A DNA stretch of 47,888 nt from an uncultured Pseudobdellovibrionaceae bacterium (lineage in GTDB: Bacteria > Bdellovibrionota > Bdellovibrionia > Bdellovibrionales > UBA840): assembly GCA_964653235.1 (NCBI GenBank), contig CAZZCP010000010.1, positions 1-47,888 of the forward strand. Reading direction: 5' to 3'. Numbering within the stretch: the first letter of the stretch is position 1; each line of letters opens with the position of its first letter. This document shows positions 44,926 to 47,888 of the stretch, piece by piece. Under the pieces are notes generated by a model that was given only the letters and a program-made list of their open reading frames with translations, had not been told where the DNA came from and searched no databases. A program made the position numbers and the translations under genes.

Positions 44926-47022
44926 ATGGACTTATCAAAGATTCGTAACATGGGAATTTCTGCCCACATTGACTCGGGAAAAACAACTCTCACTGAACGT
45001 ATTCTTTTCTACACAGGAAGAATTCACGCCATCCATGAAGTGCGCGGAAAAGACGGTGTCGGTGCAAAAATGGACTCCATGGAACTCGAAAGAGAAAAAG
45101 GAATCACCATTCAGTCAGCGGCAACTTACACTGCCTGGAAAGACATCCAGATCAACATCATCGATACTCCGGGCCACGTTGATTTTACCATTGAAGTAGA
45201 AAGATCACTTCGCGTTCTCGACGGCGCCATCTTGGTTCTTTGCGGTGTTGCTGGGGTTCAATCTCAGTCTATCACTGTTGACCGTCAGATGAGACGCTAC
45301 AATGTTCCTCGCTTGGCTTTCATCAATAAGCTTGATCGTACCGGAGCCAATCCTTTTCGCGTAACTGAACAGTTGAAAGAAAAACTCAAACTCAATGCCT
45401 GTGTTTGCCAGCTTCCGATTGGTTTAGAAGAAAATCTTGAAGGAGTTGTTGATCTGGTTGAAATGCGCGCCATCTATTTTAAAGGCGAGTCGGGCGAAAA
45501 CATTGAATATGCCGACATTCCTGATGATATGAAAGATGAGGCCGAAAGCCGCCGCCAAGAATTGATTGGTGTGATTGCTGATTTTGATGATGAAGTTGGT
45601 GAAAAATTCTTGATGGAAGAAGAAGTAACAAACGATGAAATCAAACGCGCTATTCGCAGCGGTGTTATCTCTTTGAAATTTTGCCCTGTTTTTATGGGAT
45701 CTGCCTTTAAGAATAAAGGTGTGCAGGCCCTTCTCGATGCAGTTTCTGACTACTTACCTGCTCCTACCGATGTACCCAATGTTGGTATGGACCAAGACAA
45801 TGATGAGGCCGAAGTCAAAGTGGAAACCGACCCAGAAAAGCCACTTATTGCCCTTGCCTTTAAACTCGAAGATGGCCGCTATGGACAACTCACCTACATG
45901 CGTATCTATCAAGGTACGATGAAAAAAGGCGATTTTATCTACAATGTGAGTCAGAAAAACAAAAAAGTAAAAGTGGCTCGAATGGTACAAATGCACTCAG
46001 ATGAAATGCATGATATCGAAGAGGCAAAAGCCGGATATATCATCGCCTTATTTGGTATTGATTGCTTTTCTGGTGACACCTTTACTGACGGCAAGACCAA
46101 TATCACAATGACTTCGATTCACGTACCAAATCCGGTGATCTCTTTGGCGATTGAGCCAACAGATCGTGGTGCAGCCAATAACTTTTCAAAAGCACTACAA
46201 AAATTTAGAAAAGAAGACCCGACATTTCACGTTCACCGTGATGAAGAATCCGGTGAAACCATTATCTCTGGAATGGGTGAGCTACATTTAGAGGTTTACG
46301 TTGAAAGAATGAAACGTGAGTTTAAATGTGACGTCAAAACCGGAAAACCCCAAGTTGCTTTTCGAGAAACGATCACGGCCGCCACTCCTTATGACTATAC
46401 CCACAAGAAACAAACTGGTGGTTCGGGTCAATTTGCAAAAGTTGTTGGAAATATAAAACCTCTTCCAGAAGATTCTGAGGAGCAATTTCAATTTGATAAC
46501 AATATTGTTGGTGGACGCATTCCTAAAGAATACATCCCTGCAGTTGAAAATGGCTTTCGTGACCAAGCTGCAAAAGGGCCTTTGATTGGTGCACCGATTG
46601 TGGGGCTTCATGTTTCATTGGATGACGGTGCTTACCACGATGTCGACTCTAGTGAAATGGCCTTTAAAATCTGCGCGATGGCCGCTCTTCGAGAAAACTA
46701 CATGAAGGCTAAGCCGGCAGCTCTTGAGCCGATCATGAATGTTGAAGTTTCAGCCCCTGAAGAATTTCAAGGCGGAGTGATGGGAATGCTAAATCAAAGA
46801 CGTGGAGTCATCACTGGAACCAATACCGAAGAAGGCTATGTGGTAGTAAATGCTCATGTGCCTTTGACAGAAATGTTTGGTTTCTCCACAGATTTACGCT
46901 CTGGTACACAAGGTAAAGGTGAATTTACAATGGAATTTGCCAAATACGCAAAAGTTCCTAATACTATTCAAGAGGATCTTGTTAAAGAATACCAAGCGAA
47001 ATTGGCTGCCGATAAGAAGTAA
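44926..47022 (+). CDS. fusA: elongation factor G (mitochondrial EF-G1-like / 'spd' type)
   Basis: G1 [10 protein letters not shown]3 DTPGH, G4 NKLD; 698 aa. Not preceded by rpsL/rpsG. Confidence 0.95.
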   Translation: MDLSKIRNMGISAHIDSGKTTLTERILFYTGRIHAIHEVRGKDGVGAKMDSMELEREKGITIQSAATYTAWKDIQINIIDTPGHVDFTIEVERSLRVLDGAILVLCGVAGVQSQSITVDRQMRRYNVPRLAFINKLDRTGANPFRVTEQLKEKLKLNACVCQLPIGLEENLEGVVDLVEMRAIYFKGESGENIEYADIPDDMKDEAESRRQELIGVIADFDDEVGEKFLMEEEVTNDEIKRAIRSGVISLKFCPVFMGSAFKNKGVQALLDAVSDYLPAPTDVPNVGMDQDNDEAEVKVETDPEKPLIALAFKLEDGRYGQLTYMRIYQGTMKKGDFIYNVSQKNKKVKVARMVQMHSDEMHDIEEAKAGYIIALFGIDCFSGDTFTDGKTNITMTSIHVPNPVISLAIEPTDRGAANNFSKALQKFRKEDPTFHVHRDEESGETIISGMGELHLEVYVERMKREFKCDVKTGKPQVAFRETITAATPYDYTHKKQTGGSGQFAKVVGNIKPLPEDSEEQFQFDNNIVGGRIPKEYIPAVENGFRDQAAKGPLIGAPIVGLHVSLDDGAYHDVDSSEMAFKICAMAALRENYMKAKPAALEPIMNVEVSAPEEFQGGVMGMLNQRRGVITGTNTEEGYVVVNAHVPLTEMFGFSTDLRSGTQGKGEFTMEFAKYAKVPNTIQEDLVKEYQAKLAADKK

Positions 47023-47046
47023 ATTCTTATTTCGATTTTTTCTTTC

Positions 47047-47073
47047 AAAGCTCCTCATTGAGGAGCTTTTTTT
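47047..47073 (+). terminator. rho-independent terminator of fusA
   Basis: AAAGCTCCTC-att-GAGGAGCTTT followed by TTTT, starting 25 nt after the stop. Confidence 0.7.
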
Positions 47074-47888
47074 GTTTCTACTCATTTTTCTTTTTTCTAT
47101 TGCCAGCTTTGCGGCCTCTGAATGGCAGCAAACTCCACACTCACAAGTTCGCCTCTTGCAAGCTTTTGATCAAATCGGTGATAAGACTTTTGAACTCGCT
47201 CTGCACATTGAGCTTGAACCCGAGTGGCATACCTATTGGCTCAACCCAGGTGATTCGGCATCGAGCCTCAATCTCGATGTAAAAGTCAATGGCAAGAAGT
47301 ACCCGGCAAAGATAAAATGGCCCATACCTAAACGCATTCCTGTGTCGCCGCTTTACAGTTTTGGCTACGAAAAAGAAGTAGTCATTCCCTTTAAAGTTCT
47401 ATTTGAACCCAAAGATTATGAACTTGCAAAAATAGAAGTCTCTGCTGAGTTTTTGGTTTGCAAAATTGCCTGCCTACCTGCTTTTCCTTCTTGGGAGCTG
47501 GAAATTCCGATTTTAGCCGCTAAGTCTATCACCAGTAAAGACTTTGTCTTTTGGCAGAAAGAAAAGTTTCCAGGTGAGGCGATTTTAACTTGGGATTACA
47601 AAATCGAAAAAGACCAAGTCTTTCTAAGCGGCTTGCAAGAGGGTCGATACATTGATTTTTTGCCCGAAGACAACCGTATTATCAACAACAAGCCTTTAAA
47701 AATGCAAGGCGAGTACTTGATCGCAGAAAAGTCTCTGCAATTTACCAACGAGACCATATGGCAAGGCCTATACATTTACTATGAAAATGAAGAACTCAAA
47801 GCCAACCAAGTCTTGTTTCGGCGCTCACCTTCTAAGGACTTTGATCTAAGCCTTTTATTTTTTGCCTTTCTTGGAGGTTTACTTTTAA
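47072..47888 (+). CDS. DsbD/ScsB-like thiol:disulfide interchange protein, N-terminal part (3' end outside the window)
   Basis: ...LELEPEWHTYWLNPGDSASS... and ...AEFLVCKIACLP... are typical of the DsbD-family N-terminal domain. The window ends as the membrane domain begins (FAFLGGLL). Start tentatively the TTG at 47072 (AGGAG 6 nt upstream); an upstream in-frame TTG at 46979 cannot be excluded. Confidence 0.65.
   Translation, partial: MFLLIFLFSIASFAASEWQQTPHSQVRLLQAFDQIGDKTFELALHIELEPEWHTYWLNPGDSASSLNLDVKVNGKKYPAKIKWPIPKRIPVSPLYSFGYEKEVVIPFKVLFEPKDYELAKIEVSAEFLVCKIACLPAFPSWELEIPILAAKSITSKDFVFWQKEKFPGEAILTWDYKIEKDQVFLSGLQEGRYIDFLPEDNRIINNKPLKMQGEYLIAEKSLQFTNETIWQGLYIYYENEELKANQVLFRRSPSKDFDLSLLFFAFLGGLLL

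Noticed and set aside
47058-47282. Track ORF 47058-47282 (+), 74 aa, downstream of fusA
   Set aside because: Wrong frame. The adjacent frame (from 47072) stays open to the end of the window and encodes recognisable DsbD-family N-terminal motifs.

Overview
AT-rich (roughly 40% G+C by eye) bacterial chromosomal window, almost entirely coding and mostly housekeeping. From left to right it contains: a HyuB-like gene end, two exported hypotheticals, DUF302, ilvA, a MATE exporter, a small zinc-ribbon protein, trkH/trkA-type K+ uptake genes, a receiver-GAF regulator, tmk-holB-tatD, blc, an MscS channel, and gap-pgk-tpiA-(secreted EEP nuclease)-secG. Next come a FecR/TonB-C-like protein and a very tight 13-gene minus-strand block, purF-purC-purD-purN-purL-purQ-purH-purM-pyrB-carA-carB-pyrF-pyrE (19075-36190). 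These are followed by slyD-AdoMetDC-speE, htpG, a patch of uncharacterised exported proteins plus an esterase, aat, a stand-alone EF-G and the start of a DsbD-like protein. No rRNA, tRNA, CRISPR array, cas genes, integrase or obvious defence or toxin system is visible. The AgmX/PglI-like tail, the mitochondrial-type EF-G and many exported hypotheticals suggest a Bdellovibrionota/'deltaproteobacterial'-type organism, but this is inference only. The main signal not explained by genes is a roughly 177-bp non-coding element with 21-24-bp terminal inverted repeats. It occurs as two full copies (5136-5313 and 43959-44134) and one truncated copy (about 1190-1249). One full copy has a perfect 9-bp flanking duplication, and the other supplies the stop codon of aat. 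It looks like an undescribed MITE or structured-RNA family. Other notable points:
- a eukaryote-type (class 2) S-adenosylmethionine decarboxylase next to speE;
- the fused purine-pyrimidine gene block, with a promoter-plus-terminator leader ahead of purF;
- a PurS-PurL fusion;
- a receiver domain with Asn at the phospho-acceptor position;
- a terminator whose 3' arm contains the ribosome-binding site of the next gene.
I did not find a convincing multi-gene novel system, and I say so rather than force one.
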